This document shows, in pieces, positions 31,611 through 41,700 of a stretch of 50,526 bases of DNA (within the stretch, counting starts at the first letter, position 1; each line of letters opens with the position of its first letter). The stretch is from NCBI GenBank assembly GCA_040081625.1, contig JBEBGD010000033.1:1-50526 (forward strand), written 5' to 3'. The notes beneath the pieces are model-generated. The model worked only from the letters and a program-made list of their open reading frames with translations, was not told where the DNA came from and ran no database searches. A program made the position numbers and the translations under genes. The DNA comes from Chthoniobacteraceae bacterium. GTDB lineage: Bacteria > Verrucomicrobiota > Verrucomicrobiia > Chthoniobacterales > Chthoniobacteraceae.

Positions 31611-31716
31611 CTTGTATAAGGAACAGCAGCCGGCTGTGGATAAGTCGGCCTGAAGCGCCAACGGCCAGCGCGGAAGGCCGAGCTTATCCACAGGCGGAGA
31701 AGGTTCCTTATACAAG
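31611..31716. repeat. 106-bp imperfect palindrome containing two opposed perfect DnaA boxes
   Basis: Outer 14-bp IR CTTGTATAAGGAAC/GTTCCTTATACAAG; inner CTGTGGATAAG (31634-31644)/CTTATCCACAG (31683-31693); innermost TCGGCCT/AGGCCGA. Confidence 0.85.
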
Positions 31717-31993
31717 CTCCCGCCACCACGATTGCTCTGCGTCAGGTGTATTTCAGTTGAAGCGATGAAACTTTTGCGCGCGGCGGAGACGACCTCCTTG
31801 CGTTCGGAATGGATGAGCTTCCGACGTTCGAGATGCGCATTTGCCGCAGGCGAAGGATCGTCGGCGGTGGATCACGAGTGCGCAAGTAGGACGCGACTCC
31901 GCTGTCGCTCGGCACGATCGCCGCGGGCGGGTGTCCTCTGCTCATCCTCGATTGTATCTGGAGTTTTGTCGGCGAAGCTGGCGGGTTCTTTTT

Positions 31994-34243
31994 ATGAAAT
32001 ACTCCAAGACCTTCGGAGGCCTGAGGGCGGCGCTTCTTTTGACGACGTTTTTGGCTCAGCCTCAGATTGCCGCGGCGCAATCGGCGGAGCGTAGCCTGAG
32101 GCGGCCGAAGATCGGGCTCGTGCTCAGCGGAGGCGGCGCGCTGGGCGTGGCGCATGTTGGCGTGCTCAAGGCGCTGGAGGAACTGCACATCCCGATCGAT
32201 TACATCGCGGGGACGAGCATGGGCGCGGTGGTGGGCGGGCTGTATGCGAGCGGGATGTCGCCCGCGGAAATCGACGACTGGTTTCGCCGTGCGGACTGGC
32301 ACTTCCTGCTTTCCGATGGGCTGCCGCGGGAGAGCGAATCGGTGCGCAATAAGCAGCGCCAATTCGACATCAACCAGGGCATCGCATTCAGCGTATCGCG
32401 CAAGGCGGCGAAGCTGCCGGCGGGCCTGGTCTCGGGCCGCAATGTGATGGCGAGCCTGCGCCAGCTCACGGTGCCGGTGCGCCACATCCGCGATTTCGAC
32501 CGGCTGCCGATTCCCTTTCGCGCGATCGCCACGGACATCGAGACGGGCGATCTGGTGAAGCTGCGAGGCGGTGATTTTGTGGAGGCGATTCGCGCGAGCA
32601 TGTCGATCCCGGGGATCTTTACGCCGCAGCGGATCGACGGCCGGCTGCTGGGCGACGGCGGGATGGCGAACAATTTGCCGGTCAGCGTGGTGCAGGAAAT
32701 GGGGGCGGATGTGGTGATCGCGATCGACGCGAGCGATCAGCTTAAAAAGGAATCCGAACTCGATACGGCGGGCGCGATGGCGAACCAGGTGCTGACCATT
32801 TTCGTCCAAAAGCAGACGCGCACGGAAATCGCGCGGCTCGGGCCAGGCGATGCGCTGGTGCGCGTGAAGGTGGAGGATATGTCGGCGTCCGATTTCATGA
32901 AGGCGGCAAGAGGCATCGACGCCGGATATGAGCAGATGATGCAGGCGCGGACTACGCTGGCCCGGTTTTCGGCGGAGCCGGAGCGATTCCGGGACTACGT
33001 CGCCGGCCAGCGCTTGGCGCGCGGGGAGGTCGTGCGGGTTTCCTTTTTGAAAGTGCGGACGCCGGAGGGGGAATTCGAGCACGCTTTGCCGGAGCCGGTG
33101 GAGTTTCAGGTGAAGCGCGAGCCTTTCGTCCGGCTCCAGAGCCTGCTCGGCGGCTTGGGCGAATTGCAGAAGTTCGACGTGAGCGATTACGAGGTGATCG
33201 GCAAGGAGGGCGGCTACGGGCTGCTGGTGAATGCGCGCAAAAAGCGGACGGGGCCGAGCGAGCTGAGCTTCGGTTTCAGCTTCGGCTACAGCTCCGCCGA
33301 TGAGAGCGATTTCAGCCTGCTGCTCTCCTACCGCATGACGGAGCTGAACTCGCTCGGCGCCGAGTGGGGGATGTTCGTGCGCCTCGGCAATACGACCCGC
33401 GTGCTGACCGAGTGGTATCAGCCGGTGGATTGGCAGCGGCGCTTCTTTCTCGCCGGGCTGGGACTGTTCGGGAGCGATTTCATCAATGGCCGCAATGCCG
33501 ATGGCGACCCGCTGCGCTTCCGGCAGCAGGATCTCGCCGCCGGGCTCGATCTCGGCGCGCGGCTCGGGCAGTCGGGCGAGTTGCGCGTCGGTTACGCGCG
33601 CGGTTTCACACGAGTCAGCCGCCGCCTCGGCGTGCCGGACGACGTGCCGACGACCGTGGACCGCGGCTGGGTGCATGCCAGCCTGACGCTCGATACGCTC
33701 GATGCGCCGAGCTTCGCCACGCGGGGCACGTATGGCCGGGTGTCGCTCGTCGCTTCGCGCGAGGAACTCGGCGCGTCGGACAACTACACCCGGGTCGAAG
33801 GTCAGCTCTATCAGCCGATCACTTTCGGAAAGAATACGATCGTGCCGCGAATTAGCGCGGCCTTGAAACTCGGCGGCGGTCGCGTGCCAATCTACGATCA
33901 AGTGCCGCTGGGCGGTTTCCTGAATCTCTCGGGACTCTCGGATGGAAGTCTCTTCGGCGAAAACGCCGCGCTCGCGGAGTTGGTGTGCTATCGGAAATTG
34001 GTAGAGATCACGCCCGGATTGGGCCGCGCGCTCTACGGCGGCTTCTCGGTCGAGGCCGGAGAGGTGTGGACGGATGCGAGGGACTTCGCGCTCGGCGATG
34101 CCATTTTCGCGGGGAGCGTCTTCCTCGGCGCGGATACCACGCTCGGCGCGCTTTATCTCGGAGTGGGCGTGACGGAGGGCGGGAACACCGCCATCTATCT
34201 CCAACTCGGCTCGCTCTTCGGCCAGGGACGCCACCAGCGCTGA
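31994..34243 (+). CDS. PlpD-like patatin phospholipase fused to Omp85-type beta-barrel
   Basis: In-frame ATG at 31994 gives signal peptide MKYSKTFGGLRAALLLTTFLAQPQIAAA; patatin motifs LSGGGALG, GTSMG, DGG; barrel with PLGGFLNLSG loop and IYLQLGSLF terminal strand. Confidence 0.9.
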   Translation: MKYSKTFGGLRAALLLTTFLAQPQIAAAQSAERSLRRPKIGLVLSGGGALGVAHVGVLKALEELHIPIDYIAGTSMGAVVGGLYASGMSPAEIDDWFRRADWHFLLSDGLPRESESVRNKQRQFDINQGIAFSVSRKAAKLPAGLVSGRNVMASLRQLTVPVRHIRDFDRLPIPFRAIATDIETGDLVKLRGGDFVEAIRASMSIPGIFTPQRIDGRLLGDGGMANNLPVSVVQEMGADVVIAIDASDQLKKESELDTAGAMANQVLTIFVQKQTRTEIARLGPGDALVRVKVEDMSASDFMKAARGIDAGYEQMMQARTTLARFSAEPERFRDYVAGQRLARGEVVRVSFLKVRTPEGEFEHALPEPVEFQVKREPFVRLQSLLGGLGELQKFDVSDYEVIGKEGGYGLLVNARKKRTGPSELSFGFSFGYSSADESDFSLLLSYRMTELNSLGAEWGMFVRLGNTTRVLTEWYQPVDWQRRFFLAGLGLFGSDFINGRNADGDPLRFRQQDLAAGLDLGARLGQSGELRVGYARGFTRVSRRLGVPDDVPTTVDRGWVHASLTLDTLDAPSFATRGTYGRVSLVASREELGASDNYTRVEGQLYQPITFGKNTIVPRISAALKLGGGRVPIYDQVPLGGFLNLSGLSDGSLFGENAALAELVCYRKLVEITPGLGRALYGGFSVEAGEVWTDARDFALGDAIFAGSVFLGADTTLGALYLGVGVTEGGNTAIYLQLGSLFGQGRHQR

Positions 34244-34320
34244 ACCACCGGGACCTCGTCGGCCAAAAACCGAAACACTTGGACCGCCGGGGAGTCGTCC
34301 CTAACATACCGCTCCGACTT

Positions 34321-35607
34321 ATGAAAAGACCTCTCCTCGCGATCACTGGCTGCGCTCTTTTTTCGACGCTGCTTTTGAGCGGGTGTGCGACGCCGTTGAG
34401 CGGGCCGAGGCGTGGGTCGAAAGACCATACTTACATCGCTTACTGGCCGCCGGTGGATGGCGCGAAGACGCGGGTCGCGGTGAAGGATCTCATCGATATG
34501 CAGGGTGTCGTGACGACGGCGGGGTCGCAGTTTTTTGCGAAGACGAGGAAGCCGGCGGCGAGCGACGCCGCGTGCTTGCGAGGGATGCGCGGGGGGAATG
34601 TGCAGATCGTCGGGAGGACGAATCTGACGGAGTTGGCGGTCGGGGTTACGGGGATCAATGATTACTTCGGCACGCCGAGAAATCCGGTGACTGCGAACGG
34701 TCGGCGGATTCCGGGCGGGTCATCGAGCGGGTCGGCGGCGGCGGTGGCGAATGGCACGGCGGACATCGCGATCGGGACGGATACGGCGGGGTCGATCCGT
34801 GTGCCGGCGGCGTGCTGCGGCATCGTGGGGTTGAAGACGACTTTCGGTCTCGTGCCGATCGATGGCGTGTATCCGATCTCGCCGCGCCACCTCGACACGG
34901 TCGGGCCGATGGCGAAGGACGTGGCGCACACGGCGCAGGGCATGGATTTGCTGAAGCCGGGATTCGCCGGGCGCTACCGCGCGGCGGTGGCGGCGAAACC
35001 CTCGGCGGGGATGATCCGGGTCGGGCGGCTGCGTGTGCGCGGCACGAGTGAGAAGGTGGATCGCGCGGTGGATGACGCGCTGGCGCGGACTGGTTTCAAA
35101 GTTGTGGAACTCGGCGGGGACTTTCAAAAATGGTGGACTCAGGCGCAGACTGACGGGAACACCATCGCGGCGGCGAGCGCGTGGCTGACGAATCGGAGGC
35201 TGCTAATCGCACCCGGGGTCACCGCGAGGACAAAGGCGATCATCACGTTGGGCTTGGTGGAATCGCAGACGCGGTATGCGGGCGCGCTGAAGCGGCAGGC
35301 GGCATGGCAGGGGACTCTTCGGGTGGTTTTCAAAAACGTGGATTTCATCGCGCTGCCGACGCTCCAGACGCTGCCTCCGAAGCTTCCATTCTTCGGCTTA
35401 TCGGCGGCGTTTGAGGCACTCGTGCTGGTGAGTCAGAATACGGTCGCGGTCAACTACGCCGGTAACCCCGCGCTCGCGGTGCCGATTCCCGTCGATGACG
35501 AACACGTCCTCGTCTCCAGCCTTCAACTCGTCGGACCGCGCTTGAGCGAGGCGGCGCTGCTGAATGCCGGTCGGCTCGTGGAAGCGAGCGGAGTGCGTCG
35601 CGAATAA
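34321..35607 (+). CDS. Amidase-signature family hydrolase, predicted lipoprotein
   Basis: In-frame ATG at 34321: MKRPLLAITGCALFSTLLLSG-C lipobox; Ser-cisSer-Lys triad motifs VAVKDLID, PGGSSSGSAAA, GTDTAGSIRVPA. Confidence 0.9.
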   Translation: MKRPLLAITGCALFSTLLLSGCATPLSGPRRGSKDHTYIAYWPPVDGAKTRVAVKDLIDMQGVVTTAGSQFFAKTRKPAASDAACLRGMRGGNVQIVGRTNLTELAVGVTGINDYFGTPRNPVTANGRRIPGGSSSGSAAAVANGTADIAIGTDTAGSIRVPAACCGIVGLKTTFGLVPIDGVYPISPRHLDTVGPMAKDVAHTAQGMDLLKPGFAGRYRAAVAAKPSAGMIRVGRLRVRGTSEKVDRAVDDALARTGFKVVELGGDFQKWWTQAQTDGNTIAAASAWLTNRRLLIAPGVTARTKAIITLGLVESQTRYAGALKRQAAWQGTLRVVFKNVDFIALPTLQTLPPKLPFFGLSAAFEALVLVSQNTVAVNYAGNPALAVPIPVDDEHVLVSSLQLVGPRLSEAALLNAGRLVEASGVRRE

Positions 35608-35712
35608 TCTCGGCGCGGGGACGACCGCGGAGGCGGCGGAATGCGATCCATTGGTTGGCGACGCGATGTTGAGCGCAACTTGCGATCTTTCGTTTCGCCG
35701 CAATTTTACCCG

Positions 35713-36483
35713 ATGCGCTCCCCGTTCTCACTTTTCACGCTATCCGCTGCGACTGCGCTGATGCTCTGCACTGGACCAGCCCAGGCGATTGGCCCCGCGG
35801 ATGACCTCATTAAAAAGGGCGACATCTTCTACGCCCGAATGCTGCCCACGGAGGCGCTGAAGTTTTACCTGCCGGCGGAAACGCTTGAGCCGAACAACGC
35901 GAGTTTGCTCGTGCGCATTTCGCGGCAATACCGGCATCTCATGAGCGACGCGCCGAAGCGCGCGGAGAAGCTTCGACTCGGCGGCATCGCGGTGGGCTAC
36001 TCGCGCCGGGCGGTGGCGCTCGCACCGAACGATCCCGAGGCGCAGCTTTCCGTGGCGATCAGCTGCGGCAAGGTGCTGCCGTTCCAGGGGAACTCGGAGG
36101 GGATCGAGAATTCGCGGGTGATCAAGGCGGCGGCGGAAAGAGCGATCGAGCTCGACCCACGCAGCGACCTCGCGTGGCATGTGATGGGGCGCTGGTATTT
36201 GAACATGGCTGATGTCGGAGCGGTGAAGCGCGCTCTGGCGCAGGTCGTTTATGGAAAGCTGCCGCCGGCCACGAATGCGGACGCGGCGCGCTGTTTCGAG
36301 AAGGCGATCGTCCTGAATCCGAACCGGCTGATGCACTACGTCGAATTGGGCCGCACTTATGCGCGGATGGGGCGCACGGCCGATGCGCGGAAGTTCATCA
36401 CGAAAGGCTTGGGGATGGCGGAGACGGAGAAGGACGACCCGGAGACGAAGAGCAAAGGGCGCGAGGTGCTGGCGAAGCTGTAG
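35713..36483 (+). CDS. Secreted TPR protein resembling the RMDN/FAM82 (regulator of microtubule dynamics) family
   Basis: Signal peptide ending AQA; TPR ends ALAPND, AIELDP, AIVLNP; HVMGRWY...KRALAQVVYGKLPPAT...FEKA...ELGRTY resembles RMDN C-terminal region as recalled. Confidence 0.75.
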   Translation: MRSPFSLFTLSAATALMLCTGPAQAIGPADDLIKKGDIFYARMLPTEALKFYLPAETLEPNNASLLVRISRQYRHLMSDAPKRAEKLRLGGIAVGYSRRAVALAPNDPEAQLSVAISCGKVLPFQGNSEGIENSRVIKAAAERAIELDPRSDLAWHVMGRWYLNMADVGAVKRALAQVVYGKLPPATNADAARCFEKAIVLNPNRLMHYVELGRTYARMGRTADARKFITKGLGMAETEKDDPETKSKGREVLAKL

Positions 36484-36497
36484 CAGCGGGCCAGCGC

Positions 36498-38459
36498 TCA
36501 GCTTTTCCCCGGCAGATCCGCGAGGTTGGCGTCGATGAAATGGTGATGCCAGAGCTGCGTCGCCACGACGGCGGCGAGGCCCATTTCGATGGAAAGGCGC
36601 GGGAGTGAGCCAGCGCGCATTTGGCGAAAAACGCGCCGCCAGTGCTGCACTTCGGCGACATCGAAATAGCCGGTGCGCCGCAGCGATTCCTCGCTCATCA
36701 ACTCCGTCACGTAGGCCGGCTCCGGGTCCATGTGGAAGCTGTCGAGCGGCGCGCGAAAGATCGCTTTGCGCTTTCGATAAACCGACGCCGGCAGCCAGCG
36801 TTCCGCGAGCAGGCGCAGGATGTGTTTGTCGCGAAAACCGCGCAGTTTCCACTTCGGATCAAGGCGGGCGGTGAAGTCGAACACGGCCTCATCGAGAAAG
36901 GGATAGCGCACCTCGACCGACGAGTGCATGGCCACGCGATCGCCCTTCGCCTGGAGGAGGTGCCCGGCCAGCGTCACGCGCGCGGCGATCCAGATGCCGC
37001 GATTCAGCGGGTGCCAGCGTTTCGCGCGTTCCAGCGGAAAGTCGAGCTGCTCCCACGGGCGATTTTGCGCGAGCACTTCGCGCATCGGCTCGGCGTAAAA
37101 ACGCAGCTTCGAGAGACCGAGGAGACCGTAGGAATCAATCCACGCATTCGGTCCGCCGACCGCCGCCTCCACTCCCGCGCGAAACTTGGCGGGGTATTGC
37201 GGGACGTTGTTCAGCCGGAGAAAAGCGCGCCGCGCGCGGTCGCTCAGTTTCAGGCCGGGGATGAAGTCGAGAAACTGAATCGCCTTCGCCGCCTTATACC
37301 ACGGATAGCCCACGAGCCACTCATCCGCGCCCTCGCCGGTGAGCACGACTTTTTGCCCGCACGAGTGAACCCGCCGCGCCAACTGCAACAGCGCCGCGCT
37401 CGACGTGTCGATGACCGGCGCCTCCGCAGCGGCGATCAGTTCAGGGTAAGTGTTCACCGCATCCGCCGCGGTGAATTCCTGCACGATGGGCGGCTTGGTG
37501 CCGATGTGCTTCGCCACGAGATTCGCGCCGCTGAGTTCGTCCAGTTCCGGCGAGTCCACGCGGATCGTGTAGGTATTGATCGCCGCGCCTTTCAGCCGGC
37601 AGGCCATCGCCGCGATCATCGCGGAATCCACGCCGCCAGACAGATACGAGCCGACCGGCACGTCCGCGCGCAGGCGCTCCTCGACCGCGTGCAGCATCAC
37701 CTGCTCGAACTCATCCACGAGCCGCTGCGGATCGTCGCCGCGCTCCTCGTCGCCCATGTCGGGGAAGTCCATTTCCCAATACGCGCGATCTTCGATGACC
37801 GCCTCACTCGATCGCTCACCCGCCGGCGTGATTTCCAAATAGTGCCCCGCCCGCAAAAGCTGCACGCCCTCGAAACAGGTGATCGGCCCCGGCAGCGCGG
37901 CGAACGAAAACACATGATCGATCCCGCGCCGATCCGGCCGCGCCGGCACCATCCCCGATGCGAGCAGCGCCTTGATTTCCGAAGCGAAAAGCAGCCAGTC
38001 GCCCTGGCGCGTCCAGTAAAGCGGACAGATCCCAAAGCGATCCCGCCCGAGCATCAGCCGCCGCGCGCGTTCGTCCCACAGCGCGATGGCAAACTGCCCG
38101 CGCAACCGCTCCCACATCGCGGCGCCATGCTCCTCCCACAGGTGCGGAATGATTTCCGTGTCGCAGTGCTTCACCAGCCGATGCCCGCGCGCCTCCAACT
38201 CATGCCGCCTTTCGAGATGATCAAAAAGCTCGCCATTAAAAATGACCGAGACATTTCCGTCCTCGTTGAAAACCGGCTGCTGCCCATCCGCGAGCCCCAC
38301 GATGCTCAGGCGCCGCGAACCCAGCGCGAGCCCCGGCCGCTGAAAGTAACCCTCCTCATCCGGCCCGCGATGCACGATCGCGCGCGTCATCCGGCGGATG
38401 ATTTCGTCCGGCACGTTTCGTTGATCGGCGAGATGAAAGATGCCTGCGATACCGCACAT
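36498..38459 (-). CDS. asnB: Asparagine synthase (glutamine-hydrolysing) family amidotransferase
   Basis: Start at MCGIAG (38459, Ntn Cys intact); HRGPD, RLSI, NGE, DTE, RDRFG; SYLSGGVDS, LTGEGADE, EVRYPFLD. Context suggests a tailoring role. Confidence 0.93.
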   Translation of the reverse strand: MCGIAGIFHLADQRNVPDEIIRRMTRAIVHRGPDEEGYFQRPGLALGSRRLSIVGLADGQQPVFNEDGNVSVIFNGELFDHLERRHELEARGHRLVKHCDTEIIPHLWEEHGAAMWERLRGQFAIALWDERARRLMLGRDRFGICPLYWTRQGDWLLFASEIKALLASGMVPARPDRRGIDHVFSFAALPGPITCFEGVQLLRAGHYLEITPAGERSSEAVIEDRAYWEMDFPDMGDEERGDDPQRLVDEFEQVMLHAVEERLRADVPVGSYLSGGVDSAMIAAMACRLKGAAINTYTIRVDSPELDELSGANLVAKHIGTKPPIVQEFTAADAVNTYPELIAAAEAPVIDTSSAALLQLARRVHSCGQKVVLTGEGADEWLVGYPWYKAAKAIQFLDFIPGLKLSDRARRAFLRLNNVPQYPAKFRAGVEAAVGGPNAWIDSYGLLGLSKLRFYAEPMREVLAQNRPWEQLDFPLERAKRWHPLNRGIWIAARVTLAGHLLQAKGDRVAMHSSVEVRYPFLDEAVFDFTARLDPKWKLRGFRDKHILRLLAERWLPASVYRKRKAIFRAPLDSFHMDPEPAYVTELMSEESLRRTGYFDVAEVQHWRRVFRQMRAGSLPRLSIEMGLAAVVATQLWHHHFIDANLADLPGKS

Positions 38460-38643
38460 GTTGGTGAGCCTGTAGTTCGCGACTCGCACAGCAGACGAGC
38501 GCTTTTTTTTCCCGGATATTTCTGCGATGGGAAGATTCAGGGGCGCAATACGCGTCCGCGATACGAATACAATTGAGTCCATGATTAAATTCAGCGCTTC
38601 GCGCACCGACATTATCCGCGCCCTCGCCGGCGCGAACCCCTGC

Positions 38644-38673
38644 TTGACCTTTCTTCACCCCAGCGGGCATAAT
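38644..38673 (+). promoter_or_regulatory. Candidate sigma70-type promoter for the PKS operon
   Basis: TTGACC (38644-38649)-N18-CATAAT (38668-38673), ~35 bp upstream of PKS ATG in the divergent intergenic region. Confidence 0.5.
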
Positions 38674-38707
38674 CGACTCGCGCTAGCCGCCCTCGTTTTC
38701 TCTCTCT

Positions 38708-41700
38708 ATGTCTAAAGATCGTATCGCCATCATCGGCATTGGCTGCCGTTTTCCCGGTGGAATCAATGATTCTAACGCATTTTGGAAACTCCTCGTCGAG
38801 GGCCGCGAGGCGGTGGGGGAAGTCCCGGCGAATCGCTGGAATGTGGATCGCTTTTTTGACGCGGAGCCGGGGCTGGCGGGGAAGTCGATCGCGCGGCGCG
38901 GCGGGTTTCTCGACAGCATCGATCAGTTCGATCCGCAGTTCTTCGGCATCTCGCCGCGCGAGGCGCCCTTTGTCGATCCGCAGCAGCGGTTGCTGCTTGA
39001 GACGGCGTGGGAGGCGATGGAAGACGCGGGGCTCGTGCTCGATCTCGAACGCGGGACCGACATCGGCGTGTTCGTCGGAATTTCGCACAACGACTACCAG
39101 ATCATCCAGGGCACGCCGTGGGATTCCGCGGGGATCAGTCCGCACTCGCCGACGGGCAGCGCGCACAGCATCGCGGCGAATCGCATTTCCTATTGCTTCA
39201 ACCTGCGCGGGCCGAGCGTGGCGATGGACACGGCGTGTTCGTCGGCGCTGACGGCGGTGCATGCGGCGTGCGAACACATCCGCGCCGGGCGCGGCGATGT
39301 GGCGCTCGCGGGCGGCGTGACGGTGATGATCACGCCCGGCGGCTTCATCGGTTTTTCGCAGGCGTCGATGCTTTCGCCGGAGGGAAAGTGCAAGGCGTTC
39401 GACGCGGCAGCCAACGGCTTCGTGCGCGGCGAGGGCGCGGGGATGGTGCTTTTGAAACGGTTCGATCAGGCACTCGCGGACGGCGATCCGATCCACGGCG
39501 TCATTGTCGGCACTTCGACCAATCAGGACGGCCACACGAACGGCATCTCGCTCCCGAGCACCGAGGCGCAGGCGCGGCTCGTGCGCGACGCGTGCGCGGA
39601 TGCGGGCATCGAGCCGTCGCAGATCAGCTTTGTCGAAGCGCACGGCACGGGCACGGCGGTCGGCGATCCCATCGAGGCACACGCGCTCGCGGTGGCGCTG
39701 TGCGTCGATCGCGCGGCGGATGCGCCGCTGCCCATCGGCTCGGTGAAAACGAATCTCGGACATTTGGAAACCGCCGCGGGAATCGCGGGTCTGGTGAAGG
39801 CCGTGCTTGCGCTCCAGCACCGCCAGATTCCGGCGAGTCTGCATTTTGAAAAGCCGAATCCGCATATTGATTTCGCCGCGCTGAAACTGCGCGTGCCGGT
39901 CGCGCTCGAGCCGTTCCCCGAGAGCGACGGCCCGCTTTTCGTCGGCGTGAATTCCTTCGGCTTCGGCGGCGCGAATGCGCACGTCATTCTCGAGGAACCG
40001 CCGCTCCGCGCTCACGCGGAAAATCCCGACACGCTGACCGAGCGCGCGTGGCCCATCGTGCTGTCCGCGCGCTCCGAGGAAGCGCTGCGCGGGTCCGCGC
40101 TGCACCTCGCCGCTTGGATCGAGGAACGCGCGCACGCCAACGGCAGTTCGCCCACGCTGCCCGACCTCGTTTACAGCCTTGGCGCGCGGCGCAATCACCA
40201 CCCGCACCGCCTCACCGTCGTCGTGAATTCGACCACGGAACTCGTGCAGGAACTCGATGGTTTCGCGATCAAAGAGCAAAGTCCGAAAGTGCGCGCCGGC
40301 TTCTCGCCGCGCCCGGAGCACGCGCCGTGCGTGGCCTTCGTGATGAGCGGGCAGGGTCCGCAATGGTGGGGCATGGGCCGCGAACTGATGCGGCACGAGC
40401 CGGTCTTCGGCGAGATCATGGAGCGCTGCGCCGCGGCGATGAAACCGTGGGTGCGCTTCTCGTTGCTCGAAGAACTCGGCCGCACCGAGGAAACGTCGCA
40501 ACTTCACCGCACCGAAATCGCGCAGCCCGCAATTTTCGCGATGCAGGTGGCGCTCGCGGAACTGTGGAAATCGTGGGGCGTGCAGCCGGCGGCGATCGTC
40601 GGGCACAGCGTCGGCGAGATCGCGGCGGCGTGCGTCGCGGGCGTGTTCAGCTTGGAGGAAGGCGCACGCGTCATCGCGCTGCGGGCGCGTTTCATGGGCG
40701 ATTGCGCCCGCGACGAAGGCACCATGCTCGCCGTCGGTCTCGGCGAGGAGGAAGCGCGCGCGCTCATCGCCCGCCACGACCGCACCGTCACGATCGCCGC
40801 CTTCAATGGCCCGCGCTCGCTGACCCTCGCGGGCGCCCGCATTTCCCTCGAAGCCATGCTCGCCGAGCTGGAGCCGCAGGGCGTTTTCGCGCGCCTCGTG
40901 CGCGTCGATCATCCGTTCCATCATCCGCTCATGCAGCCGGCGTCCGAGCAGCTCGAGGAAGCGCTCGCGGACCTCGATCCGCAACCCGACACGACCCCGT
41001 TTTTCAGCACCGTGAGCGGCGAACGCTGCCCTGGCGCCACGTGCGACGCGGCGCATTGGGGACGCGGCGTGCGGCAGCCCGTGCAGTTTGCGGCGGCGGT
41101 GAAAGCGCTCGCGGATTTCGGCGTGGATGTGTGGCTGGAAATCGGCGCGCATCCCGCGCTCGTGCATTCGATTCAGGAATGTCTCGCGGGCGGCGGTGGC
41201 AAGCCCGTGGTGTTCTCGTCCGCGCGTCGCGAGCGCGAGCACGAATCACTTTTGGAAACCGCGCTGGATCTGCACCGCGCCTGCGTTGGCCTGGATTTCG
41301 CGGCGATGACACCCTCGCGCCGCCTGCTCGCGCTGCCCGCCTACGCGTGGGACAAAAGCCGCTGGTGGAATGAAGCGAGCGACTGGCGCGATGGCCGTCT
41401 TGGCACGGGCGGCAAGGGCCTGCTCGACATCCGCCTGCCGCGCGCGACGCCGACCTGGACGGCGCGGCTCGATGGCCGGCACATGGCTTTCCTCAAGGAT
41501 CACAAAGTGGACAGCCACGTCATTTTTCCCGCCGCGGCTTTTGTCGATATGGTGCTGGAGGCCGGCGTGCAGTTGTTCCCCGGCCATGCGTTCGTGGTCG
41601 AGGATTTCGAGATTCGCAAACCGCTCATCCTGCCCGACCCGGCGTCGGGCGTTCACCTCGAACTTTCCTACGATCCGAACGAGCGCACCTTCGCGATCCA

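Noticed and set aside
31611..31716. Chromosomal oriC
   Set aside because: Only two perfect DnaA boxes, no clear AT-rich unwinding element and no replication genes nearby.
34321..35607. gatA (Glu-tRNA amidotransferase subunit A)
   Set aside because: Lipoprotein signal, truncated N-terminus and no gatB/gatC.
36498..38459. Lasso peptide cyclase
   Set aside because: Glutaminase Cys is intact and no precursor, B1 or B2 genes are present.
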